A stretch of 64,000 bases of DNA. Source: an uncultured bacterium. Its GTDB lineage: Bacteria > Oederibacteriota > PGYV01 > CAWJRG01. The stretch spans positions 64,001 to 128,000 of the forward strand of contig CAWJRG010000005.1 in assembly GCA_963845185.1 (NCBI GenBank), read 5' to 3'. The notes under the pieces are model-generated. The model was not told the DNA's origin, ran no database searches, and saw nothing but the letters and a program-made list of their open reading frames with translations. The position numbers and the translations under genes were made by a program. The stretch's first letter is position 1. The number at the start of each line of letters is the position of its first letter. Shown here in pieces: positions 41,440 to 51,181 of this stretch.

Positions 41440-43158
41440 TTATTCCCCTTTTTTCTTGAATATATCGAAAATCGACTTCTTTTTCGAATCAGGCGGCGTG
41501 CCGCCTACTTCTCCATCAGGCGCTTCAGGCCTTGCCTCTGCCTGCTTGTATTCCTGTCCAGCATACGCCTTAGTAGTCCTGTCCTCCCGGACAATCTTTT
41601 TTTCAAACTCCGTACCCATATGCTCTTTCATTTCATCGACTTCAGAAGACGACAGGCCGCTGTCAGGCGTAATCTTTATTACCTGTTCCTTGCCGGTCAT
41701 CTGGTCTTTGGCAGAAACTTTTATTATACCATTTGCGTCTACGTCAAACATAACTTCTATTTTCGGCTCACCTTTACTAGCCTGCGGTATACCGACCAAG
41801 TCAAAAGTCCCTATTAATTTATTGTCTACTGCCATTGGCTTTTCGCCCTGATAAACTTCAATCCTCACAAACGACTGATTATCTTTTGTCGTGGTATATA
41901 TTTCGCTCTTTCTTATCGGAATTGTGGAATTTTTCTCGATTATCTTGGAAAATATGCCCCCCTCGGTTTTTATGCCGAGTGAAAAAGGAGTAACATCAAG
42001 AAGTAAAATGTCCCTGATATCGCCTTTTAATACCGACGCCTGGTGTGCGGCACCTGCTGCTACAGCCTCGTCCGGGTTTGCACCGAGGTACGGCTCTTTT
42101 TTAAATATTCTTTTTACAGTATCCCTTACAAAAGGCATTTTTGTCTGGCCACCTACAAGCACAACTTCATCTATATCCGAAGGCTTGAAACCCGCATCGG
42201 AAAGGGCCCTGTCGCATGGTATCGCTGTGCTCTCTGACAAATCGCGTGTTATTTCCTCAAGTTTTTCTCTTGTAAGTATTGTCTTTAAATGTTTCGGGCC
42301 TTCTTTTGAAACCGCGATAAACGGCAGGGTTATCTCAACTGAGTCAAGGGTTGACAAATTTATTTTCGCTTTTTCTGCTGCGTCTTTCAACCTCTGAAGC
42401 GCGACCCTGTCTGTCCTTAAATCCACATTCTCAGCTTTGTAAAATTCCGACACAAGCCAGTCAATCACTCTCTGGTCGAAATCATCGCCGCCTAGGTGTG
42501 TATCGCCGTTTGTGGATATTACCTGGAATATCCCCTGCCCAAGCTCAAGTACAGAAACATCGAAAGTGCCTCCTCCAAGGTCGTATATGACTATTCTCAT
42601 CCTTGTCTTGCTGTCAAAGCCGCTGGCTAAAGCCGCAGCAGTCGGCTCGTTGATTATCCTCACGACTTCCATGCCCGATATCCTGCCGGCATCTTTTGTC
42701 GCCTGCCGCTGCGAGTCGTTAAAATACGCCGGAACCGTGATTACGGCTTTTTCTATGGCTTCGCCGAGATACATTTCTGAGTCCTTTTTTAGTTTCATAA
42801 GTATCATTGCGGATATTTCAGGCGGGGAATATGTCCTGCCCATGATCTCAATTTTCACGTCGCCGTTTGATGCCGGCGTTAATTTATAAGGTATTAATTT
42901 AATGTCTTTTTCCACAACTTTATCCGTCATTTTCCTGCCCATGAATCTTTTTATAGAAAAAACCGTGTTTTCTGGGTTCATTATCTGCTGCCTTTTTGCT
43001 GCGTTACCCACAAGTATTGTCCCTTCTTTTGTAAAAGCGACAACAGACGGTGTAGTCCTGAACTTTTCGTCGTTTAAGACTATCTGCGTCTTTCCATCCT
43101 CTATGACTCCTACGCAGGAATTTGTCGTTCCTAAGTCAATTCCTATAATTTTCGGCAC
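41440..43158 (-). CDS. dnaK: Hsp70/DnaK-family chaperone, lid-truncated (572 aa), probably a specialised paralog
   Basis: [35 protein letters not shown], linker DILLLDV; short C-terminus. Confidence 0.85.
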   Translation of the reverse strand: MPKIIGIDLGTTNSCVGVIEDGKTQIVLNDEKFRTTPSVVAFTKEGTILVGNAAKRQQIMNPENTVFSIKRFMGRKMTDKVVEKDIKLIPYKLTPASNGDVKIEIMGRTYSPPEISAMILMKLKKDSEMYLGEAIEKAVITVPAYFNDSQRQATKDAGRISGMEVVRIINEPTAAALASGFDSKTRMRIVIYDLGGGTFDVSVLELGQGIFQVISTNGDTHLGGDDFDQRVIDWLVSEFYKAENVDLRTDRVALQRLKDAAEKAKINLSTLDSVEITLPFIAVSKEGPKHLKTILTREKLEEITRDLSESTAIPCDRALSDAGFKPSDIDEVVLVGGQTKMPFVRDTVKRIFKKEPYLGANPDEAVAAGAAHQASVLKGDIRDILLLDVTPFSLGIKTEGGIFSKIIEKNSTIPIRKSEIYTTTKDNQSFVRIEVYQGEKPMAVDNKLIGTFDLVGIPQASKGEPKIEVMFDVDANGIIKVSAKDQMTGKEQVIKITPDSGLSSSEVDEMKEHMGTEFEKKIVREDRTTKAYAGQEYKQAEARPEAPDGEVGGTPPDSKKKSIFDIFKKKGE

Positions 43159-43170
43159 TTGGATTCTCCC

Positions 43171-43746
43171 TTATTGCCCGTCAATCTTTTTTGCCTTATC
43201 TATTTCCCTAATAAGCTCCTGCAGTTTTGCCGTTGTTCTCTCATAAGCCGGGTTTTCCTGATCTAGTCTTACGGTTTCGTTAAAAGTCCTTACGGCATCT
43301 GCAAGTTTGTTTGTAGCAACATAAATAACGCCCATGTTAAACATTGCCTCAGCCGTTTTAAAAGCATCAAAAGACTGTTGGAATTTTAAAAGTGCTTTGC
43401 CTTTTTCCCTTTCAAATGCTTCCACCCCTTCGTTGAAATATATCATCGCGTCCTCGTATCTTTTTTTATCTCCACCCTGAAAAATTCCAAATTTATATTC
43501 CTTTGTCTTTTCCTTTAACGGATAAAATATTAAAAAATTATAAATCTTCCTTTTTATCGGGTCGGATAGGATTCTGTGCGCTTCCACTGCCTCGGAGGTT
43601 TTCACATGTGCCCACTCCGCTTTGTCCGGATTATGGTCCGGATGGTACTCATAAAGCTTATCTCTGAAAGCGCGCTCGATTTCCTCATCGGTTGCTGCTG
43701 GATTAACATCCAGGAGTTCGTAGTAATTTTGCTTTTTTTCTGGCAT
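43171..43746 (-). CDS. J-domain (DnaJ-class) protein with TPR
   Basis: NYYELLDV...YHPD...ILSDPIKRKIYN; C-terminal TPR AEAMFNMGVIY. Confidence 0.88.
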   Translation of the reverse strand: MPEKKQNYYELLDVNPAATDEEIERAFRDKLYEYHPDHNPDKAEWAHVKTSEAVEAHRILSDPIKRKIYNFLIFYPLKEKTKEYKFGIFQGGDKKRYEDAMIYFNEGVEAFEREKGKALLKFQQSFDAFKTAEAMFNMGVIYVATNKLADAVRTFNETVRLDQENPAYERTTAKLQELIREIDKAKKIDGQ

Positions 43747-43757
43747 TATCGTAACCT

Positions 43758-45209
43758 CTAAAACTTCGTTCCTGTAAGTTTAAAAATATCAAGGTTGGTG
43801 CCGTCGCTTAAAACAACCGAGTCTATTCTGTCGTATTTTGCGAGCGTATCAGTTAAGGCCACCACCTCTTTTGTAGTAAAAATATCCGTCGTATATTTCT
43901 TTTTTTCGCCATATTTCGAGGCAAAACCCAAATAATCAATTATAGCATTATACTTTTCAACGGACAATTTATCAATAAAATTTTTGGCGATGTTTCCTGC
44001 TGATATTATAAAGTTTATCTTGAAGTCCTCCACGGTATACCCTAAAGTCAGCTTGCTTTTTACCATGTTCACAAGCTCCTTCCTTATTTCTACTGTAGAT
44101 ATCAGTGCGCGCTTCGCATCGTCTGTATGCTGAAAAGGGTATCCGAATGAAATCAATACAAACCTGTCCGTAACTTTAAAAATTGCTCCCTGGTAATTTA
44201 TTGCAACCGCTGTAACTTTTTCTATAAATTTTTTTAAAATATCTTTTAATTCTTCGCTTATCAGTTCAAAGGTAAAATTCGACAGGGCCAATGTATCGAT
44301 AAAAACAAAAATTGCCCTGTTTTCATCTCCTGTTGAGGCCGGATAATAATCCTTGGCTATTTTGTCGGTCATTTCCTGGTAAGTGAGCATCTCATATGCC
44401 TTTTTCATGCTGTCTATCTCTTTTAACCCTTCCGCGACTGTGTCAAAAGCGTCCTTTATCCTGACTTTTTCCTTGAGTTCCACTATCATTCTGTTGAAAT
44501 CATCTGCAAGCACCCCGACTTCATCGTTGCTTTTTACGTTAACCGACACGTCAAGGTTGCCTTCCGCGACTTTTCTCATACCCGCCGCGATTATATTGAA
44601 CGCCTTTGTGATTATATCAGCCAGCGTCCACGCCCCGCCTAATCCGAAAAGCAGCAACAAAACTGTAAGGCCTATCATTGTAAATATAGTCATATGCAGC
44701 TTCTTTAAATAATCCTTCTTTGAAAACTTAATAATAACTGAAAACTGCTGCTCTCCTTTCATCTCAATCTTCTCAGTTTCTTTTGCGGTATAGTCTATTT
44801 TGTTGTTTACGAGGGTCTTGATAAACTCATCTCTATCCTCGTTTATTTTAATTTCCGGAAAGTCGCTCTTTAAAAGCGCTGTATTTATCGCCTTAGCTTT
44901 TATGGAACCTGTGGGGTCCATTATCGCGATGAGAAGTATGTTTTTATCCAGGTTTGTCATTATATTCATAACCTTGTCGTAAATAGCCCAGTTTACATTC
45001 TTTTCTTGCAATGGATTCACACCAATGCGCACAGCGCTTATTGTATTAACGATTTGGAGTATGCTTTTTTTCATGTCGTTTCTCTGGATTGAAACATTCA
45101 GAGTTAGCGAATAATAAAAGGTTACCCCCATTGTAATAATAATCAAAACAAATATAAGTATTGCTATTTTATATCTTAAGCTGAATTTTACTTTTCGAAG
45201 GGTTGCCAT
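43758..45209 (-). CDS. Membrane sensor: 2 TM + periplasmic domain + HAMP + degenerate class III cyclase-like domain
   Basis: HAMP VAEGNLDV..NDEVGVLADDFNRMI; cyclase-like IFVFID, GAIFK, ISFGYP, DDAKRAL; catalytic N/R motif missing. Confidence 0.7.
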   Translation of the reverse strand: MATLRKVKFSLRYKIAILIFVLIIITMGVTFYYSLTLNVSIQRNDMKKSILQIVNTISAVRIGVNPLQEKNVNWAIYDKVMNIMTNLDKNILLIAIMDPTGSIKAKAINTALLKSDFPEIKINEDRDEFIKTLVNNKIDYTAKETEKIEMKGEQQFSVIIKFSKKDYLKKLHMTIFTMIGLTVLLLLFGLGGAWTLADIITKAFNIIAAGMRKVAEGNLDVSVNVKSNDEVGVLADDFNRMIVELKEKVRIKDAFDTVAEGLKEIDSMKKAYEMLTYQEMTDKIAKDYYPASTGDENRAIFVFIDTLALSNFTFELISEELKDILKKFIEKVTAVAINYQGAIFKVTDRFVLISFGYPFQHTDDAKRALISTVEIRKELVNMVKSKLTLGYTVEDFKINFIISAGNIAKNFIDKLSVEKYNAIIDYLGFASKYGEKKKYTTDIFTTKEVVALTDTLAKYDRIDSVVLSDGTNLDIFKLTGTKF

Positions 45210-45228
45210 AAGATAACTTGTTTTCTCC

Positions 45229-46599
45229 TTATTTCGCCACGGATTCCATCGCGTTTACGGATGAAACCGCGTCAGCGTAATATATTACGCCGTTTTCTGC
45301 AATGCAGGACGATTTGATGTCTGCCTCAAAAAGCTGAGACCACTTTTTATCCCCTGTTTTGATGTCTATGGCAAAAATCTCTTTGCCTCCTGCACCGTAC
45401 AGTACATCGTTTACAAGTAAAGGTGCAGTCATTACCTTGCCTGCTATTTCCGCTTTCCAGATCAGCTTGCCGCTTTTCGCGCTCAGAGCATATAGATTTT
45501 TATCATTACTTCCCATGTATAAAACGCCGTCCTTTATCACAGGCGCTGACGACAACCATCCTTTGGTTTCAAAAACCCATTGCAATGCGCCTGTCATCGA
45601 ATCAAGGCAATATATTTTTTTATCATCGGCGCCAAAATAAAGTTTCCCTTCTGCTTCAGCTGCCGTTGAGAATACAGGGCCTTCTGCCTGGTACTTCCAT
45701 GCCGGCTTGCCGCTTTCCACGTCAAGTGCATAAAGTATTCTATCGGCTGAACCAATATAAACAAGGCCGTTTGCTATAGTAGGTGAGCCGGCTACAGGAC
45801 CTCCTGTTTTGAATACCCATGCCTGCTCTCCCGTCCTTCTGTCAAAAGCATAAACATTCGAGTCCATGCACCCTATGTATACTACATTTGAGAAAACAGC
45901 AGGCGAAGAAGCATTAATCGCCGCTGGCAGGTCTTTTTTCCATAAAATCTTTCCTTTTGTGTCAACCGCGAAAAATGTCCCGAGTTCATTGCCGAAATAA
46001 AGTATTTTTCCGTAAAGCGCCGCGGTTGAAGATACTGTACCGCCAACCGAGATTTTCCACACTTGTTGTCCCGTGACTTTGTCGATGGCGTAAAAATTAT
46101 TGTCTTTTGAACCGATGTAAATATTCTTATCATCCATTATAGGTGATGCCGAAAAACCCATGCCTGTTTTGAATTTCCATTTAAAATCAAGCGGCGGCAG
46201 AATGTTCAATCCGTTATAAAAATCGTGTGTAGGAAGGCTCCTAAACATCTCCCATACATACGCGCCTTTTTCTCTTTTTTCGCTTGTAAGCTGCTTTGAA
46301 GCGCTGACCACCGCAACTTTTTGTTGCTCTATCTCCTGTTTTAATTTTGTAATCTCGGTCTTGTTTGCTTTGCCTGTCTTTTTTGTGCTAAGTTCTCCTT
46401 GTAATTCGGCAAGCTTGTCGCGCTGCTCCTTTACCTGTTTCTGCAGACCTTCGAGTTGGTTTAATTCCTCTTCGCCCGAAACATTAAGGTCTATTTTTAT
46501 TTCCTCCTCGGACTTTTCATTACCGCATCCGCCCAAGCAGCCGTTAAACAAAACCATTATGAATATACCTATCGCCCCAAAGCATACTATTCTCTTCAT
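45229..46599 (-). CDS. Lipoprotein with coiled coil and PQQ/BamB-like beta-propeller
   Basis: Lipobox FNGC; coiled coil; about 8 repeats of YIGSxDxxxYAxDxxTG..WxF; ATG at 46599 has an RBS-like AAGGGG (alternative start 46629). Confidence 0.85.
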   Translation of the reverse strand: MKRIVCFGAIGIFIMVLFNGCLGGCGNEKSEEEIKIDLNVSGEEELNQLEGLQKQVKEQRDKLAELQGELSTKKTGKANKTEITKLKQEIEQQKVAVVSASKQLTSEKREKGAYVWEMFRSLPTHDFYNGLNILPPLDFKWKFKTGMGFSASPIMDDKNIYIGSKDNNFYAIDKVTGQQVWKISVGGTVSSTAALYGKILYFGNELGTFFAVDTKGKILWKKDLPAAINASSPAVFSNVVYIGCMDSNVYAFDRRTGEQAWVFKTGGPVAGSPTIANGLVYIGSADRILYALDVESGKPAWKYQAEGPVFSTAAEAEGKLYFGADDKKIYCLDSMTGALQWVFETKGWLSSAPVIKDGVLYMGSNDKNLYALSAKSGKLIWKAEIAGKVMTAPLLVNDVLYGAGGKEIFAIDIKTGDKKWSQLFEADIKSSCIAENGVIYYADAVSSVNAMESVAK

Positions 46600-46671
46600 A
46601 AATGTAATGCCCCTTTCGATTTTTTTCATTTATTTGTAAGTAAAAACACCATTTTCTTAATCTATACTTTT

Positions 46672-46700
46672 ATATTATCAAAAAACAGGGGGTGTGTCAA
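46672..46700 (-). promoter_or_regulatory. Probable sigma70 promoter for the PQQ-to-DUF2723 operon
   Basis: TTGACA-N17-TAATAT. Confidence 0.55.
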
Positions 46701-46864
46701 TTAGTTTAAAGCTTGGAGTTTCCCGGAAATTTTATATTGATTATTCCAGGAATTCATTAGTTTCCTCAGATGTTTCAAGCTAAAAACAAAATCGTTTTTA
46801 ACTCGATAAAATAGGCAAACCCTGCCTTTTACTTAAAAAATCATGTCTATCCCTCGGCTTTCAA

Positions 46865-47230
46865 TTATTCGCCTATTATCTCTGTTATAACCTTTCTGTC
46901 CTGGTTGTTAAGCGTTATAAATTCAATGCCAAAATTATTTTTACTTGCATCGGTATCGAGCCACTTTATCTCGGCAAAAGTCGTAACCGGCTTCTCGTTG
47001 CCTTCCACAAATATTTCAACCCTGATAATGTCTCCTTGTTTTGCCTTCATTTCCCCTTCTATCCGTGCTCCGCCAAGGCTGATATTTTCAGTTCCACCCT
47101 GTTTTTTTGCTACTATTCCCTTTATTTTCTCAAGGTCGTCTTCCTGCCCCAATACCTTGTATTTGACTTTATATTTCTTGTCTACTCTAATGTGCTGCCT
47201 TTTTTCTATATAAAGCCTGCCTTCGTCCAT
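46865..47230 (-). CDS. Stand-alone PilZ-domain protein (c-di-GMP receptor)
   Basis: EKRQHIR (RxxxR), NISLGG (D/NxSxxG), FGIEF. Confidence 0.88.
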   Translation of the reverse strand: MDEGRLYIEKRQHIRVDKKYKVKYKVLGQEDDLEKIKGIVAKKQGGTENISLGGARIEGEMKAKQGDIIRVEIFVEGNEKPVTTFAEIKWLDTDASKNNFGIEFITLNNQDRKVITEIIGE

Positions 47231-47407
47231 TTCGCACCCCTGTTCCTTTTGAACCTATTTGTTCAAAGTATTTAATTTCTCCTCAATTCCCTTAAAACTT
47301 TTTCTCTATTCTTAACGTCTTTTAATTCATTATCTGCCTTTTCAATTATACTTTCAAGGATATTTTTTATCTATAAATATGCATAGCTCAATGGCCTGTA
47401 AAATATT

Positions 47408-48217
47408 TTACTTAACTCTTTTCAATTTCGGGTTAAAATAATCCCGCAGCCCCTCGCCCAGCAGATTATAGGAAAAAACCGCTATAAAAATAGCCATGCC
47501 TGGGAAAGCTGTCAACCACCATGCGGTCTCAATATAATCTTTTCCTGAAGTCAGGATATTCCCCCAGCTTGGCACAGGCGGCTGCACGCCTAGTCCAAGG
47601 AACGACAACCCTGATTCTATTAGTATCGCGCCCGATATCCCGAAAGTCATGTAAACGAAAACAGGCGCGAGTGCATTAGGTATAATATGCCTGAATATTA
47701 TAGTACTTTCTTTCAAGCCGATTATTTTTGCTGCGTCTACATAGGCCATATTTTTTATGCTTAAAACTTCAGCCCTTATTATCCTGGCTATGTCTGTCCA
47801 TGAAGTCAGACCTATTACTATCATAATATTTATAAGTGACGGCCCTAGGAATACAATTAACATAAGTATTAAAAAAAGCGTAGGTATAGTTAATACAATG
47901 TCCACAATTCTCATTATAATGTTGTCAATGATTCCGCCGTAAAATCCGGATATTGCGCCTATTGTAATCCCTATGATTGCCGCGATAAACACGGCTATTA
48001 TGCCGACGCTGATTGATATCCTTGTACCGTATATCATCCTCGAAAAAACATCCCTGCCAAACTCATCCGTGCCGAAAATATGCTTAAAAGATGGTTGCTG
48101 CAGGCGCTCGCTTATATTTTGCGCCTTATAATCGTAGGTCGTAAAAAGGGGCGCAAATATTGCCAGTGCAATCAAAAGAACTGCGGCTATCATTCCTGTT
48201 AACATCATCTTGTTCAC
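47408..48217 (-). CDS. Peptide/nickel ABC transporter permease (OppC/DppC-like)
   Basis: HIFGTDEFGRDVFSR, RHIIPN, LSFLGLGVQPPVPSWG. Confidence 0.92.
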   Translation of the reverse strand: MNKMMLTGMIAAVLLIALAIFAPLFTTYDYKAQNISERLQQPSFKHIFGTDEFGRDVFSRMIYGTRISISVGIIAVFIAAIIGITIGAISGFYGGIIDNIIMRIVDIVLTIPTLFLILMLIVFLGPSLINIMIVIGLTSWTDIARIIRAEVLSIKNMAYVDAAKIIGLKESTIIFRHIIPNALAPVFVYMTFGISGAILIESGLSFLGLGVQPPVPSWGNILTSGKDYIETAWWLTAFPGMAIFIAVFSYNLLGEGLRDYFNPKLKRVK

Positions 48218-48275
48218 ATCGAACTCCGTTTGGCCCTGCAGGCTTTTAATTTATTTATTTTTCTGAACCCCGGCA

Positions 48276-49247
48276 TCATTTATAACGTATCCTCGGGTCT
48301 ACAACCGCGTATGTTATATCAGCGACAAGGTTGCCTAGCAATGTCAAAAATGCCGCAATTGTGGCAACTCCCATAATTACTGGATAATCAAAAGTTATTG
48401 CCGATTCATAAGCCAGCCTTCCCATACCCGGCCATGAAAATATTGTTTCAAATATAAAACTGCCTCCTATCAGTCCCGGCAAAGACAGCCCAAGCAAAGT
48501 TATTACCGGTAGCAGGCTGTTTTTCAATGCGCTCTTATAAATAATTGTTTTTTCAGGCATGCCCTTAGCGTAAGCCGCCCTTATATAATATTGCGACAGC
48601 ACCTCCAGCATGCTTGATTTTACATATCTTGAAATGTAAGCAAGACTGCCAAAAGCCGTAATAAAAACAGGAAGTATCAGATGCCATATTATATCAAGTA
48701 ATTTCTCAGGTACGCTCATGGTGTCAAAATTCATGGAAACAATGCCGGCTATAGGCAGAATTTTAAGTTGTACCCCAAATATGAGCATAAGCAAAAGAGC
48801 TAGCCAAAAAGCAGGCACAGAATACCCTATAAAAGTAAATACTGTAATAGTTTTATCAAAAGTGCCGTTACTTCTTAAGGCCGAAGTTATGCCTATGACT
48901 ATGCCGGGAATAAAAATCAGGACAAGAGCGCATAAATTTAACAGTAAGGTCGCTGGCAGGCGCTCTAAAATTTTATCCATTACAGGCCGGTTATCAATGA
49001 AAGAAACGCCGAAATCAAACCTGACAAACCTGGAAAACCATTCAATATACTGAATTGGTATTGGCTTATCAAGGCCGTAAAGGATTTTAAGGCGTGCTAT
49101 TGAGTCTGGGGAAACTTTTGTATTCATCTGCATATTGGCCACGGTAAATCCGCCGGGCGTCAGGTGAATGATGACGAAAGTAATTATTGTTATGCCGATT
49201 AAAACAGGTACGATAAGAAGCAGTCTTTTTAAAATGTATTTTTTCAT
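48276..49247 (-). CDS. Peptide/nickel ABC transporter permease (OppB/DppB-like)
   Basis: YGLDKPI, FDFGVSF, YIRAAYAKG, ETIFSWPGMG, DPRIRY. Confidence 0.92.
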   Translation of the reverse strand: MKKYILKRLLLIVPVLIGITIITFVIIHLTPGGFTVANMQMNTKVSPDSIARLKILYGLDKPIPIQYIEWFSRFVRFDFGVSFIDNRPVMDKILERLPATLLLNLCALVLIFIPGIVIGITSALRSNGTFDKTITVFTFIGYSVPAFWLALLLMLIFGVQLKILPIAGIVSMNFDTMSVPEKLLDIIWHLILPVFITAFGSLAYISRYVKSSMLEVLSQYYIRAAYAKGMPEKTIIYKSALKNSLLPVITLLGLSLPGLIGGSFIFETIFSWPGMGRLAYESAITFDYPVIMGVATIAAFLTLLGNLVADITYAVVDPRIRYK

Positions 49248-49281
49248 TTATAAGGGTGTTTTTTTAAATCTAAAATTATAA

Positions 49282-50166
49282 TTACCCTTTCAGGCCGCTT
49301 GTAGCAACTCCCTCTATGAAGTATCTCTGCCCAAAGAAAAATACGATAAGTATGGGCAGCAGTACTATTGTGGACGCTGCCATCATGGAACTGTAGTTTG
49401 AGCCGTACATAGTTGTAAATGTCTGAAGCCCGAGTGCAAGGGTATATTTTGAGGAGCTGTTAATGTATATTAAAGGGTTCATAAAATCGTTCCAGTTGTA
49501 AACAAAGCTGAATATCGCTACCGTAGCGAGCGCGGGTTTTACAAGAGGCAGAAGTATTATGTAAAATATCTGGAAAAAATTGCAGCCGTCTATTTTTGCC
49601 GCGTCGTCAAGCTCATAAGGTATGGTCATGAAAAACTGGCGTACAAGGAATATATTAAACGCTCCACCGCCGAAGAACGTTGGCACTAAAAGCGGCTTAA
49701 AACTGTCGAGCCATCCCAGCCATTTAAAAAGGATAAACGTCGGTATCATGGTGACCTGTGCGGGAACCATCATGGTGCTTATCATGACTAGGAATAAAAT
49801 GTCCCTGCCTGGGAACCTAAACCTGGCAAACCCATATGCGACTAGCGTCGAACTCGAAAGCACGCCTATTATGGCAACAACGGTTATAAAAATCGTATTT
49901 AAAGAATAAGTGGTAAATGTTTCGCTGAGCCCTTCCGGGGCCCATGCTTTGGCATAGTTTTCCCAGTGTGGCGGAATAGGCAGGTTAATAAGAAATACAT
50001 CGGTATTTGTCTTTAGCGACGCTACAATCATCCATATGAGCGGGACCAGGAACACAATAGCTCCTATACACGCTATTATGAATAAAAAAGTGCCTGTTAT
50101 CATTTCCTGCCTTTTTTTGCTTGCCCAGAAACTCTGACCTTTTGCCGCTGTTGTTTCCATATACAC
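49282..50166 (-). CDS. Carbohydrate ABC transporter permease (MalG-like)
   Basis: EAA loop IPYELDDAAKIDG, WNDFMNPL. Confidence 0.92.
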   Translation of the reverse strand: MYMETTAAKGQSFWASKKRQEMITGTFLFIIACIGAIVFLVPLIWMIVASLKTNTDVFLINLPIPPHWENYAKAWAPEGLSETFTTYSLNTIFITVVAIIGVLSSSTLVAYGFARFRFPGRDILFLVMISTMMVPAQVTMIPTFILFKWLGWLDSFKPLLVPTFFGGGAFNIFLVRQFFMTIPYELDDAAKIDGCNFFQIFYIILLPLVKPALATVAIFSFVYNWNDFMNPLIYINSSSKYTLALGLQTFTTMYGSNYSSMMAASTIVLLPILIVFFFGQRYFIEGVATSGLKG

Positions 50167-50232
50167 ATATCCTCCGCTATTAGCTTTTTATTGTTTTCAA
50201 CTTTAAAATCCTAAATCTAAATTCTAAAAATA

Positions 50233-51156
50233 TTACTTTTTAAGCTCTCCTTCGTAATATACCCATCCTCCAGCCAGTCTGAATTGCCCCAAAGTGAAAG
50301 CAAGAATAATAATAAAAAGAATCAGCGACAGTGCTGCTGCATATCCCATTTTATGAAATTTAAAAGCTACCTGATATAAGTAAAGGACGTAAAATAATGT
50401 TGAATCCGCCGGGCTCCCCTGTCCTCCGGTCATTACGTATGCCTGCGTAAATACCTGGAAAGACCCAACAATGCTCATTATCAGGTTAAAAAATATGACA
50501 GGCGTAAGCATGGGTATTGTAATGAACTTAAACTTGTCCCACATGCCGGCGCCGTCTATTTCAGCCGCTTCATAAAGCTGTCTTGGTATCCCCTGCAATC
50601 CCGCAAGATATATAATCATACTGCCGCCCACTCCCCACAGGCTCATTACTATAAAAGCCGGTTTTGACCAGAATTCGCTTGAAAGCCATTTGGGGCCCTG
50701 TATACCGAAGAAAGCAAGCGCTGAATTTATAAGCCCAAAATCAGGGTTAAAAATCATCATCCATATTATGGATGACGCCACGCCTGCGGTAACCGATGGT
50801 AAATAATAAATCGTCCTTAGTCCCCTCACTGTTTTCCATTTCTGGTTCATCAAAAGCGCAACCATAACCGAGCCAATTATTCCGAGCGGCACGGAAAATA
50901 CCGTGAAATAAATTGTATTCCACAGGCTGTGAAAAAACCTGTGGTCTATTGTAAACATATCCACGAAATTTTTAAGGCCTACGAATTTTGCCGGCGAGAT
51001 TAAATCCCAGTCAAAAAACGCAAGCACAAAAGACGCTATTATCGGCCCGCCCACGAAAAAAATCATACCCAATATCCACGGGGTAATGAACGTATAGCCC
51101 CATAGGGCCTCGTGGGTAGATATCTTCATCCTTGCTTTACGCACTTTGTCTGCCAT
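50233..51156 (-). CDS. Carbohydrate ABC transporter permease (MalF-like)
   Basis: FVGLKNF, YLAGLQGIPRQLYEAAEIDGA. Confidence 0.92.
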   Translation of the reverse strand: MADKVRKARMKISTHEALWGYTFITPWILGMIFFVGGPIIASFVLAFFDWDLISPAKFVGLKNFVDMFTIDHRFFHSLWNTIYFTVFSVPLGIIGSVMVALLMNQKWKTVRGLRTIYYLPSVTAGVASSIIWMMIFNPDFGLINSALAFFGIQGPKWLSSEFWSKPAFIVMSLWGVGGSMIIYLAGLQGIPRQLYEAAEIDGAGMWDKFKFITIPMLTPVIFFNLIMSIVGSFQVFTQAYVMTGGQGSPADSTLFYVLYLYQVAFKFHKMGYAAALSLILFIIILAFTLGQFRLAGGWVYYEGELKK

Positions 51157-51181
51157 TTTTTCCTCCGCAGTCTTATCTTAT

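Noticed and set aside
47270..47372. Protein-like reading frame (IKNILESIIEKADNELK..) between the oppC-like and PilZ genes
   Set aside because: About 33 codons, preceded by a stop and without a convincing start or RBS; at best a remnant
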